Of a DNA stretch of 64,000 nucleotides, positions 12,430-23,237 are shown one piece after another; position 1 is the stretch's first letter; every line of letters starts with the position of its first letter. The DNA comes from Octopus sinensis (Eukaryota). The position numbers and the translations under genes were made by a program. The stretch lies in the NCBI RefSeq assembly GCF_006345805.1, contig NC_043015.1, forward strand, positions 48,980,001-49,044,000. The letters run 5' to 3'. The notes beneath the pieces were generated by a model. The model searched no databases. It saw only the letters and a list, made by a program, of their open reading frames with translations, and was not told the DNA's origin.

Positions 12430-12620
12430 CCATCCATCCATCCATCCATCCATCCATCCACCCATCCGTCCGTCCATTCGTCCGTCCATTCGTCCGTCCG
12501 TCCGTCCGTCCGTCCATCCATCCATCCATCCATCCATCCGTCCGTCCATTCGTCCGTCCGTCCATTCGTCCGTCCGTCCGTCCATCCATCCATCCATCCA
12601 TCCATCCATCCATCCATCCA
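12067..12620. repeat. Compound tetranucleotide array (ATCT)n-(GTCT)n-(GTCC/ATCC)n
   Basis: Direct reading; source of the MDGW ORFs. Confidence 0.97.
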
Positions 12621-12622
12621 TA

Positions 12623-12838
12623 CACTTTGGGGTGTTGAAAAGTTCCTGGGGTTGAGTAAAAGAATATACAGGAAAATCAGTTAATTGTGATTTTATTCAA
12701 CATATTCCCCTCTCAGATTCATACGCTTATTGCAGCGGTTTTTCGTTTTTCTAGCCCTGTGAAAGAGCTCGCAAGGTTAGGCCTCCAATCGGACATTTCG
12801 CGACACCCTTAAAGTCAGGAACTTTTCAGCACCCTTCG
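12623..12838. mobile_element. ~220-bp mariner-type MITE, copy 2
   Basis: Colinear with 11847-12064; right end TTTTCAGCACCCTTCG|TA. Confidence 0.75.
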
Positions 12839-13094
12839 TATACAGGAATACCTCAGCATACGTCGCTAATAAATTCCAAAACATGCGACTTAATTCGAAA
12901 ACTGACCAAATGGGGGGAAAAAAACCATTTAAAATATCTATTAGTTTCCATTTCCTTTAGTAAATGGTTTGTACATGTTTTCACATGTATTTTTGTGATT
13001 TGTCACACCAGTACAGTACCCCTCGACTATCGCGGGTGTTACGTCCCAAAACCCCCTGCGGTAGGTGAAAAATCTGCGAAGTAGAAACAGTATT

Positions 13095-13420
13095 TCATCT
13101 GTCTTTACGTTCTGAGTTCAAATTCCACCGAGGTCGACTTTGCCTTTCATCCTTTTGGGATTGATAAGTTAAGTGCCAGTTGCTTACTGGGGTCGATAAA
13201 TTAAGTACCAGTTGCGTACTAGGGTCAATAAATTAAGTACCAGTTGCGTACTGGGGTCAATAAATTAAGTACCAGTTGCGTACTAGGGTCAATAAATTAA
13301 GTACCAATTGCGTACTGGGGTCGATAAATTAAGTACCAGTTGCGTACTGGGGTCGATCTAATCGACTGGCCCTCTCACCCAAAATTTCGGGCCTTGTACC
13401 TAGAGTAGAAAAGATTATTT
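13095..13420 (+). mobile_element. SINE family B body with an internal tandem expansion
   Basis: B-box and body present; see array 13164-13355. Confidence 0.85.
13164..13355. repeat. 6 x 32-bp minisatellite derived from SINE B
   Basis: Unit ATAAATTAAGTACCAGTTGCGTACTGGGGTCG starts at 13164, 13196, 13228, 13260, 13292, 13324. Confidence 0.95.
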
Positions 13421-13911
13421 TTATAATTTGTATATATCTATTTTATTATAAATGCGAAACAACACCACAGAGGAATCGACATAAGCTTAAATAATAAAAC
13501 TGGTTTGTCTTCCTTCCTCGAAGGAAGATAAGGCTAGAAAGGAGATGCCTGTCATCGGACACGTTTGATAAAAGATGGAAGCAAGTGGCATGCCTGCTGG
13601 GTATGAAAGGTCCTACGTAAGTGTATCCATAAAAGGTTAATAAAAACCGGCTCAGTCGAGGAGCGTGTCTTGCGGGGTTGTGACTATTCCCCCACTCCAT
13701 TGTACTGTGTCTCCGTTTGTCCCCTCATTCGCTATATAATTTCGTTAAATTTTTAAATGCATCCTTGTGTAAATCAATTCGTTACCCCGACCCCTTATCC
13801 ATCTTGTGTTGTCCCCTTTTTGTTTGGGCCTAGTGCCTTGTAATAAAAAAATCCCTAAGCTTAAATGATAAAGCGCGATAGGTGAAGCGTGATATGGCGA
13901 GGGATTGGGGC

Positions 13912-14240
13912 AGACCCCCTTCGGTCATGACTGACCATGGGACTGCACCTAGAAAATTACCCTCCTAGGCACAAGTCCGGGCAAGGTTGTTTATGGAAGG
14001 CCAGCAGTCACCCATGCATACCAGCCTCCCCTCTCCATACCACTGATGTCATCAAAGGGAAAGGCAACGGCAGATACAGCTTGGCACCAGTGATGTCGCA
14101 ACTCATTTCTACAGCTGAGCTAACTGGATCAACGTGAAATAAAGTGTCTTGCTCAAGAACACAAGCAGCCCGGTCCGGGAATCGAATTCACAACCTCACG
14201 ATCGTAAGCTCGACGCTCTAACCACTGAGTCATGCGCCTT
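13912..14240 (-). mobile_element. SINE family E (tRNA-like head)
   Basis: Minus strand GGCGCATGACTCAGTGGTTAGAGCG..TTCGATTCCC, then TGTGTTCTTGAGCAAGACACTT (shared with family D). Confidence 0.8.
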
Positions 14241-14402
14241 CACGGCGAGAGATTACTGTGTTGGATTTTAATTGTTTTTTTAATGTTTATGCAGAATTCC
14301 GAAATATTGTCTTTAATTTCATTCTGGTTAGATCTTCACGAGATTGGGCTAAATTTTAATCCTTTAGCTAGTATACTAACCTTTGTTACAGGGAGAGTTT
14401 TC

Positions 14403-14817
14403 GGATCTTTTCGGTTTGAACGGCAGTTTTTTTTTTCTAGCGGTGTCATATGAAATTGTCACCCATAATTATGACCCTAGAATCGTTCTATTGCATTTCA
14501 ATCTCTTTTAGGGTTAGGGGTGGGGGAAAGGGTATCTTTTTTTCTTCAGAAATGTAAATAAACCCAATCTGTTTCTTAAACGAGGGACATAGTCATACGG
14601 CACAGAATGCTTTTTTACTCAATTGACGTCACTGATTGGTTGAAATTGCAGAAATTGAAGAAAAACAACAACAAATATCTTACAAACCATAGAATTTTCT
14701 CGATAAAGGCAAGAGAAAAAGATGTTTTATAAACACATTCTACGAGTATACGAAGTTAAACATTTTTTAATTACCTAGAAATTATGTTAAAAACTGCCGT
14801 TCAAACCGAAAAGATCC
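14403..14817. mobile_element. ~415-bp GGATCT-ended MITE (Merlin-like), copy 1
   Basis: 28-bp TIRs GGATCTTTTCGGTTTGAACGGCAGTTTT; near-identical to 46847 and 55067; flanks do not match each other. Confidence 0.92.
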
Positions 14818-14994
14818 GAAATGAGTAACACCGTGCATCAAGTACAGGCAATATCAATTTGAGGCAGCGAGTAAGCTAATGGACGATATATACATTCATT
14901 CACGATAAGACAAGCCATCTGTACAGATTGTTCAGCAGGAAATTACAGAACCATCTTTCTCGGACTACGAGAGATTGTCATTAGTTAATTTATA

Positions 14995-15290
14995 AAACAA
15001 GAGCAGTCAGAGAGCGCAAACCTCCGCCTAGGCAACACCGACGTCCTCTCAACGGTTAACAGGAGATGGTTTTTAAAATGAGAATATCTGAAATAAACTC
15101 GACTTCTCTCATAAACGAGAATGCTAAAAATGAACCCGACTGCTTTCAAAAATTAAGTAAAAAAAAAAACAGGAAAAATAATTCATAATCCTTGCCCGGA
15201 ACCGGATCGATCCCAAAATCTAATCAGTTCGTGTCTGTCACGAGGCCAAATATCGCTGAAAGTTTCATCCGAATCCATGCAGTGGTTCTT
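14995..15290. mobile_element. Unclassified non-autonomous repeat starting AAACAAGAGCAGTCAGAGAGCGC
   Basis: Recognised by motif as a mollusc-type repeat; no second full copy in the window. Confidence 0.4.
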
Positions 15291-15396
15291 GAGTGCAAGT
15301 AAATCGCGATCGAAACTAGATATGACGATAGTGACAACCCCAAATTTCATAAAAATAACAAATTACACCACGTTTGCAGCAGGCACCTAAATACGA

Positions 15397-15750
15397 TCTG
15401 AGTTCAAATTCCGCCGAGGTCGACTTTGCCTTTCATCCTTTCGGGGTCGATTAAATAAGTACCAGTTACGCACTGTGGTCGATGTAATCGACTTAATCCG
15501 TTTGTTTGTCCTTGTTTGTCCTCTCTGTGTTTAGCCCCTTGTGGGTAGTAAAGAAATAGAAATAGGTATTTCGTCTGCCGCTACGTTCTGAGTGCAAATT
15601 ACGCCGAGGTCGACTTTGCCTTTCATCCTTTCGGGGTCGATTAAATAAGTACCAGTTACGCACTGGGGTCGGTTTAATCGACTTAATACCTATGTCTGCC
15701 TTTGTTTGTCCCCTCTATGTTTAGCCCCTTGTGGGCAATAAAGAAATATA
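15397..15750 (+). mobile_element. SINE family B headless dimer
   Basis: Two bodies joined at AAAGAAATAGAAATA|GGTATTTCG. Confidence 0.9.
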
Positions 15751-15914
15751 TATGTCTTGACAAACAAACACGACTGAAAATAATACCTCCGCTTTAGCTA
15801 AGTCGGAGGTAATAAAAACACCAAAAGCCGTGAAAGACAATGGTTTCGAAGAATTTTGATAAGGTGTAGGATGGGTGCAGGCGTGTTCTTGTATCACTCT
15901 ATAATGGAGACCGG

Positions 15915-16518
15915 GCGCCGAGCTGGCAGAAACGTTGGCACACCGGGCGAAATGCTTGCGGTATTACGTCTGCCGCTACGTTTTGAGTTCAAATTCCGCC
16001 GAGGTCGACTTTGCCTTTCATCCTTTCGGGGTCGATTAAATAAGTACCAGTTACGCACTGGGGTCGATGTAATCGACTTAATCCGTTTGTTTGTCCTTGT
16101 TTGTCCTCTCTGTGTTTAGCCCCTTGTGGGTAGTAAAGAAATAGAAATAGGTATTTCGTCTGCCTCTACGTTCTGAGTGCAAATTACGCCGAGGTCGACT
16201 TTGCCTTTCATCCTTTCGGGGTCGATTAAATAAGTACCAGTTACGCACTGGGGTCGATGTAATCGACTTAATACATATGTCTTCCTTTGTTTGCCTCCTC
16301 TATGTTTAGCCCCTTGTGGGTAAAAAAGAAATAGGTATTTCGTCTGTCGTTACGTTCTGAGTTCAAATTACGCCGAGGTCGACTTTGCCTTTCATCCTTT
16401 AGGGGTCGATTAAATAAGTACCAGTTACGCACTGGGGTCGATATAATCGACTTAATCCGTTTGTCTGTCCTTGTTTGTCCTCTCTGTGTTTAGCCCCTTG
16501 TGGGTAGTAAAGAAATAG
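15915..16518 (+). mobile_element. SINE family B trimer (one head, three bodies)
   Basis: ~185-bp bodies in tandem. Confidence 0.92.
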
Positions 16519-16689
16519 GTACCTATGACATTTTTTTTTTACCGGGTCTTTAAGCTGGCGGAAAAAGAGGTGACATTAACGAGTTTATTCATCGACTGGA
16601 GACCTGATTTGGATGGTTCAAGGCCACAATGCGACATTGTCAAACAGGGCAATAAAATTATGTGGAGGGGGAGGCTGTGGTTGTTGTTG

Positions 16690-17300
16690 AAGATGTTGTC
16701 GTAGTTGTTGTTGTTGTTGTTGGAATGTCAGTGAGAAATACTGTTGCTAATCGAAATGCAGCATGATGACAGCTGATAGCATTGGATGTACGATAATGAA
16801 TGGCATAGCGATGACAGCAGGTACAAAGTTGATGCCGATGGCGTCGGTGGTGGTGGTGTTGATGGTGGTGGTGATGGTGGTGGTGGTGGTGGTGGTGTTG
16901 ATGGTGGTGTTGGTGGTGGTGGTGATGGTGGTGGTGGTGGTGATGATGGTGGTGGTGGTGGTGGTGGTGGCGGTGGTGGTGGTGGTGGTGGTGGTGGTTT
17001 TACAGATGATGATAGCTGTTGTTGTTGTGGTGGTGATGATTGTGGTTGGTGGAGACGATGTCAATGGTGATGGTGAATATGGCGGTCACGATGATGACGA
17101 TGATAGTGCTGGTGGGGGTGGTCATGATAATAAGTGGTGGTGTGGTGGTGGTGATGATGATGATGATGACGATGATGATGATGAAAGTGCCGTTAGTGGT
17201 GGTGGTGGTGATGGCGAAGATAATGATGATGATGATGATGATAATCATCATGATGACGGTGGTTGTGTTAGTGGTAGTGTTAATGGTAGTGGTGATGATA
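16690..17300. repeat. (GGT/GAT/GTT)n trinucleotide low-complexity block
   Basis: Direct reading; the apparent reading frame shifts along the block. Confidence 0.9.
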
Positions 17301-17335
17301 TTTAGAATCTCCCCTACACACGTACGCACACACGT

Positions 17336-17371
<36 letters not shown>

Positions 17372-17808
17372 GCACGCACACACACACACACACAGACTTG
17401 CTCACGCGCAACAAGAGCAGTCTAGAGATATTTTTAAAGCCGAAGATTAAATCCAGTTGTCATAATCCACGTTGATACTCAATACACCTGCTCTAAACAA
17501 TCAATTACATATTACAGCAGCATTGCAGCATAGGAGCATTCAGTCACCACGCCCACCCCACCCCCCACCGTTGCCGCCGCTACCACCATCACCATGACAA
17601 CTACTACCAATCGCATCCACCAACACCGCCTGACGCCGACGAAAATCGATGCTTTTTTTCGAGTAGTGGTTATGTTGTATACGTTGCAACGACATGTCAG
17701 TCACTGGAGCAGTTTTCACTTTGCAACTCGATTGATTCTATCCCCCCCACCCGCACCACCCCCACACATCTTTTCCGTAATTAACCTCATATGATATAAA
17801 AGGCCATG

Positions 17809-17829
<21 letters not shown>

Positions 17830-17840
<11 letters not shown>

Positions 17841-18582
17841 CAGTTTCCTTATTTGCGTCACAATATAGAAACGAGGAAATGAGCGGTGGCTGTGCTAAGA
17901 GAGCTGAGAGAGAAGGGAAGAATTGTAAAGGGAATAATGTTATATTGGCAAACAGAGAACTGAGAAATTGACACAGTCGGAGGGAGAGACAAAGGCAGAG
18001 ACAGAGAAAGAAAGTGGGAGAAAGACAAGCAGACAGACAGACAGACAGAAGCAGAGAGAAATAGGCTGAGAGACAGTCATGCGAGCAGACAGTGAAATGT
18101 AGAAATGTAGAGATAGATGGAAGAAAGAGTGAATGAAGAAAGCTAGCATGATTAAGAGAGAAGAGGTGGAAGAAAGAAAGATAGGGCTCGGCATGTATGT
18201 GTGTGTGTGTATGTGCCAGTTTCCTTATTTGCGTCACAATATAGAAACGAGGAAATGAGCGGTGGCTGTGCTAAGAGAGCTGAGAGAGAAGGGAAGAATT
18301 GTAAAGGGAATAATGTTATATTGGCAAACAGAGAACTGAGAAATTGACACAGTCGGAGGGAGAGACAAAGGCAGAGACAGAGAAAGAAAGTGGGAGAAAG
18401 ACAAGCAGACAGACAGATAGAAACAGAGAAATAGGCTACAACCTGCTAACAAACGAGAGACAGTCATGCGAGCAGACCGTGAAATGTAGAAATGTAGAGA
18501 GAGAGATGGAAGAAAGAATGAGTGAAGAAAGCTAGCATGATTAAGAGAGAAGAGGTGGAAGGAAGAAAGATAGGGCTCGGCA
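17830..18582. repeat. ~375-bp purine-rich tandem duplication
   Basis: Block TGCCAGTTTCCTTATTTGCGTCAC...GATAGGGCTCGGCA occurs twice. Confidence 0.92.
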
Positions 18583-18865
18583 ACAGAAAGGGGAAATTAG
18601 AGAGTTAAAATGATAAGATATGTAAAAAATGGAAGAAGAAAACAAAGGTTATGCTGAGCGAGGTGAAAGAGAGTGAAAGTATTATAGAAAGATGTGGATT
18701 AGATGGAGTGGATTGGCATTTCGTTTATCAAATATTGTGAATATATTAGAACTACGATTACAAGTTGAAAATACCTGGATTTTTACTCCTTCTGTAGAGA
18801 ATTCACTCTCTAAATCACAAAAAATGTGAAATTACTTCAAAATATGGAAAGCTTATCATCAACAC

Positions 18866-19330
18866 CCGAAGCGCCTCGAGGATCAGAGAATCTCTTTAGA
18901 CTGAGTCGCAACTTCTCCGCGATGAGGGGTCACAGCTCCGGTATTACGGACAAAGGCGGCGAGCTGGCAGAAACGTTAGCACGCCGGGCAAAATGCTTAG
19001 CAGTATTTCGTCTGCCGCTACGTTCTGAGTTCAGATTCCGCCGAGGTCGACTTTGCCTTTCATCCTTTCGGGGTCGATTAAAGAAGTACCAGTCACGCAC
19101 TGGGGTCGATATAATCGACTTAATTCGTTTGTCTTTCATTGTTTGTCCCCTCTGTGTTTAACCCCTTGTGGGTCGTAAAGAAATAGGTATTACGGACATG
19201 TGATTAGAATGCCGAAGGAAAAAATCGCAAGACAGGTTCTTCAAGCCGAGCCAAACGGCAGGAGACCCAGGGGTAGACCAAAGAACGAGACGGTTAGCCA
19301 ATATCCATAGTCTCAATTAGTCATGCTCGG
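18866..19330 (+). mobile_element. RTE-clade LINE 3' relic interrupted by SINE B
   Basis: After removing the SINE it reads IRESL*TESQLLRDEGSQLRYYGHVIRMPKEKIARQVLQAEPNGRRPRGRPK. Confidence 0.85.
18953..19185 (+). mobile_element. SINE family B, full length, 13-bp TSD
   Basis: TSD GGTATTACGGACA at 18940-18952 and 19186-19198. Confidence 0.95.
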
Positions 19331-19602
19331 GCATCAAACCACAAAGTATAATGATGGTTACTTTTGACAGAATCCTACAGAGGAGGTGCTTTAGAACTCT
19401 ATCCCAACCCACGAAATAGTGGGCTGAAAAAACGGATGTATGGAAAAAGATCTGTTTTTTTATGAGTTACTTTTCCATGTTTTTTTTATATGTTTGGGTA
19501 TAATTTTAAAAAAGAAAATTGCCAATAGTTTTGGGATCTTTCGAACCATCCCTCCGATATACACAAGTATGACTCTTTGCCGACTTTGTTTCCTCATAAC
19601 TC

Positions 19603-19976
19603 TTTTACTCTTTACTCTTTTACTTGTCTCAGTCATTTTACTGTGGCCATGCTGCTGAAGCACCGCCTTTAGTCGAGCAAATCGACCACAGGACTTATTT
19701 TTTGTAAGCCTAGTACTTATTCTATCGGCCGAACCGCTAAGTTACGGGGACGTAAACACACCAGCATCGGTTGTCAAGTGATGTTGGGGGTACAAACACA
19801 GACACACAAACATATATATATACACATACATACTTCCTTCTCCTATGTTTCCGACGAAGAGCTTCGCTCGAAACGTTAAACCCTCCTTCTTTCCTTCTTT
19901 CCTGAACGCCCAATAATACTATATTTGTTCCACGTCCTCGCGTTGTTGTGTTTTTTGTGTTTTCTTGTTTGGATTA

Positions 19977-20042
<66 letters not shown>

Positions 20043-20214
20043 CATACATACATATATACGACGGGCTTCTTTCAGTTTCCGTCTACCAAATCCATTCACA
20101 AGGCTTTGGTCGGCCCGAGGCTATAGTAGAAGACACTTGCCGAAGGTGCCACGCAGTGGGAATGAACCCAGAACCATGTGGTTGGTAAGCAAGCTACTTA
20201 CCACACAGCCACTC
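19603..20214 (-). mobile_element. SINE family A carrying a Penelope-like fragment in its internal microsatellite
   Basis: Tail half 19603-19830 and head half 20040-20214 are separated by a foreign piece at 19832-19980. Confidence 0.85.
19847..19881 (+). ncRNA. Minimal type I hammerhead ribozyme-like motif with U4C change
   Basis: GUUU-CCGACGA-A-GAGC/UUC/GCUC-GAAA-CGU-U-AAAC: helix I 4 bp, helix II 4 bp, palindromic helix III. Confidence 0.65.
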
Positions 20215-20310
20215 TAGTCACATGTCCGTAATACCGGAGCTGTGACCCCTCATCGCGAAGTTGCGACTCGGTCTGAAGAGATTCCTTGATCCTCAAGGTG
20301 CTTCGGATGT
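20215..20310 (-). mobile_element. RTE fragment, uninterrupted paralog of 18866-19200
   Basis: Reverse complement reads ..CAGCTCCGGTATTACGGACATGTGA with a single copy of the TSD sequence. Confidence 0.85.
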
Positions 20311-21080
20311 TAGGGTAGCTATTTTTTTAAAAATCGATATTTTTAAGAAAATTTTCTACAAATACATTTCAGATGGTGTAAGTTCCAATTACATTGGAAT
20401 TTGTTGTGAAAAATTTGTTGGGTAGGGTTTAAAGGAGTTTCGGATAATTCATACGTGTCGACTTTGTTTCCTCATAACTCCTTCGGCGGATTCCATTTCT
20501 GTTGGACTCATAACAGCGGAAAGGAAAAATATAGAAAAAATAGAATGAATGTAAACCCTATTTTAAATGCAGTTTCTGTTTAGGGAAACAGGGACTGGTA
20601 TTAGGTTGTCATTGCGACTGGGAAGGTTTAGACTCTCCAAGAACAAATGAAGGCAATTGAAGGTTGATTAATTATTAAGGGGTGTCCCAAAATAATAACC
20701 CGACTAGATCAATATTACTGAATGATGAAAATGCAAAGTTTTCCGGTTGTGACAAGTAAAATAATCTGATACAGTTCCTTATCAAGTTAGATCCTTATCC
20801 AAAGTGTCTAAGTAATTTGAAATAAGCGTTGACTTAATCATTGATAGCTGCTTATCGGTTCGCTTTATCTTCGCAAAATATAACAGATACGCAAAGGAAT
20901 GAGTTATAGGGGTGCGGGTATGAGTGGGTGTTTAAGAAGCGCGCTTTGAAATGATATGATTTCAGCTTCTTCACTCCCATTACGCGGCATCTTGGGCAAG
21001 TGTCTTCTACTATAGCCCCGGGCCGACTAATGCTTTGCTAAATGAATTCGGTAGACGGAAAGTGAGTGGAAGTCCGATGA

Positions 21081-21127
<47 letters not shown>

Positions 21128-21511
21128 TATAGAGGGAAAGTAAGAAGAAAAATAAGCGAAAATGCACATTGGAAAATCAAAAAATGTAAAGCCTTTTTAT
21201 GAAAAGTAACGATAGATATATACAATTAGATGAACTGTGATCATGAGTGCACCAAACCTTGAGTGTCCCCACCCAAGAGGAATCGATGCTAGATGTGTCG
21301 AAACAACTGTCGTGATTAATAATAAATTCTCTGAAATGGACGCCGGTCCTTTGAAGAGTTATTCATTTACAGTTGAGTGGGCTGGAATGACATGAGATGA
21401 AGTTTTGCTCAAAAATCTTAGATCATGCGCCTTCACTGGATCTCAATGGAAGCAGATCGAACAATAAAATAAAGAAAGTGGTTGAAAATGTGATATTAAT
21501 ATAGAACACAT

Positions 21512-21743
21512 ATTTCTTTACTACCCACTAGGGGCTAAACACAGAAGGAACAAACAAGGACAGACAAACGGATTAAGTCGGTTACATCGACCCCAGTGCG
21601 TAACTGGTACTTATTTAATCGACCCCGAAAGGATGAAAGGCAAAGTCAACCTCGGCGGAATTTGAACTCAGAACGTAGCGGCAGACGAAATACGGCTACG
21701 CATTTCGCCCGGCCTGCTAACGATTCTGCCAGCTCGCCGCCTT
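21512..21743 (-). mobile_element. SINE family B, full length
   Basis: Matches consensus. Confidence 0.92.
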
Positions 21744-21907
21744 AATAATAATGATTTCTTTCATTGGCCACAAGGGCCAAAGACGAGGGCGGGGACTACA
21801 AGGACACAAGACTTGAAGAACAATATTGAAGGACACAGCATAGAGGATGCAAAAGACAGAGGTTCGAAAATAAATTGCCACGGATGAAGGAATGTTTATG
21901 ATATTCA

Positions 21908-22042
21908 TAGGCAAACTGCGGCCCGATGGACTTTTTTAATGGCACGCTAAACGAAAAGTTACTTTTAACTTTTTAGTACTTCGGCTCGCCTGATGATGAG
22001 TCATGTCTGATGTGACCCGCTTCTTGAAAAAGTTTGCCCGTA
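21908..22042. mobile_element. Short hAT-like MITE
   Basis: GGCAAACTGCGGCCCG ... AAAGTTTGCCCG; paralogous to 35174-35590. Confidence 0.55.
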
Positions 22043-22047
22043 CTTAA

Positions 22048-22356
22048 CCCCTTACCCAACAATTATTTTGAAAATAAATGTATTTTTTCAGACATATTTT
22101 TTTAATTGTTTTATTTTACTATGTTTTGAATGGTGATTTCGAGGTATATTTCAAACCTTATTTATTATGAATTTTAATTCAATAATATTGATTTTAAATT
22201 ACCGCTTTGGGCAGAAACGAGTTAACCCGTTTTTAGACGAAGGAACTCGTTTGCTGTCGATTTTGGCGAGTCTATCTTTTGACGAGTTAACTCGCCAGAG
22301 ATAGAAAAAAACGATTTCGGTCAAAACGCATATATTCGTTTCTGCCGGGTAAGGGG
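22048..22356. mobile_element. Possible piggyBac-like MITE
   Basis: TTAA|CCCCTTACCC ... GGGTAAGGGG; the right TTAA is not preserved. Confidence 0.4.
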
Positions 22357-22909
22357 AAAGAAATTTATAGTTGAATTTTGTTTAGCGCACTTAGGTTCTG
22401 TTATAAATGCACAGATAAAAATTAATGTAAGCATTTTAAAAATGTACTTTACAAATTGAGTATTTTGAATCCAAAGAAATTTGAGAAAGAATTATATGAG
22501 ACCGTGAACTGAACCAGCAGCCAGAGTCAAACGGAAATCGTAAAAGAGTTTCCTTCATTCGAAGTCACGTACAAATAGATAACTGGAATCAATGATACGG
22601 CAAACTTAAGTGTCAAGTAACTAATCACCATAATTATATTTAGCACAGTCAATGACATGGGATTTATTTAGAATAACCTCTTCACATTCAATCGCATTTT
22701 TTCATGGTTAACATGCAGTTCAGGGTCGTAAAAATATGAAAATAAATTTGTCCTAAAAAGTGCAACTAAATTGCGATCGAAACTAGATATGACGATACTG
22801 ACAACCCAAAATTTCGTAAAAATAACATAAAAGACACCCTCATTACACCCCGTTCGCAGCAGGCACCTATATGTATAATACCTTCTAGTGATATATGCTA
22901 AGTATATAT

Positions 22910-23141
22910 ATTTCTTTACTACCCACAAGGGGCTAAACACAGAGGGGACAAACAAGAACAGACAAAGGGATTAAGTCAATCATATCGATCCCAGTGCGAA
23001 ACTGGTACTTAATTCATCGACCCCGAAAGGATGAAAGGCAAAGTCGACCTCGGCGAAATTTGAACTTAGAACGTAACGGCAGACGAAATACGGCTATGCA
23101 TTTCGCCCGGCGTGCTAACGGTTCTGCCAGCTCGCCGCCTT
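22910..23141 (-). mobile_element. SINE family B, full length, 16-bp TSD
   Basis: TATGCTAAGTATATAT on both sides. Confidence 0.93.
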
Positions 23142-23172
23142 TTATGCTAAGTATATATGTTAAGCATTTCAG

Positions 23173-23186
23173 ACGTAGAAGCTGAG
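23173..23186 (+). CDS. Candidate 14-nt micro-exon ((Y)VEAE)
   Basis: Acceptor GCATTTCAG, donor GAG|GTAAGC; only phase 1->0 is open, and that phase links the exons at 10744 and 36217. Confidence 0.4.
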
Positions 23187-23237
23187 GTAAGCCGTTCCAA
23201 TGTATTATACCGAGGATCAGACATCACTGAGAAATAT

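Larger units (their letters stand above)
13014..13905. mobile_element. pogo/Tigger-like MITE interrupted by SINE B, right end decayed
   Basis: TA|CAGTACCCCTCGACTATCGCGG left end resembles the element at 33090; decayed right end GATATGGCGAGGGATT. Confidence 0.5.

Noticed and set aside
12134-12625. 159-163 aa MDGW/DGRT ORFs
   Set aside because: Tetranucleotide array, open in three frames.
16747-17450. Gly/Asp-rich, Val-rich and Thr-rich ORFs
   Set aside because: Trinucleotide low-complexity DNA with frame changes and no splice context.
20373-20377. 5-nt micro-exon candidate (TTTCAG|ATGGT|GTAAGT)
   Set aside because: Lies inside the TSD-bounded insert 19603-20458 and breaks the frame of the simple exon chain; signals may be fortuitous or imported.
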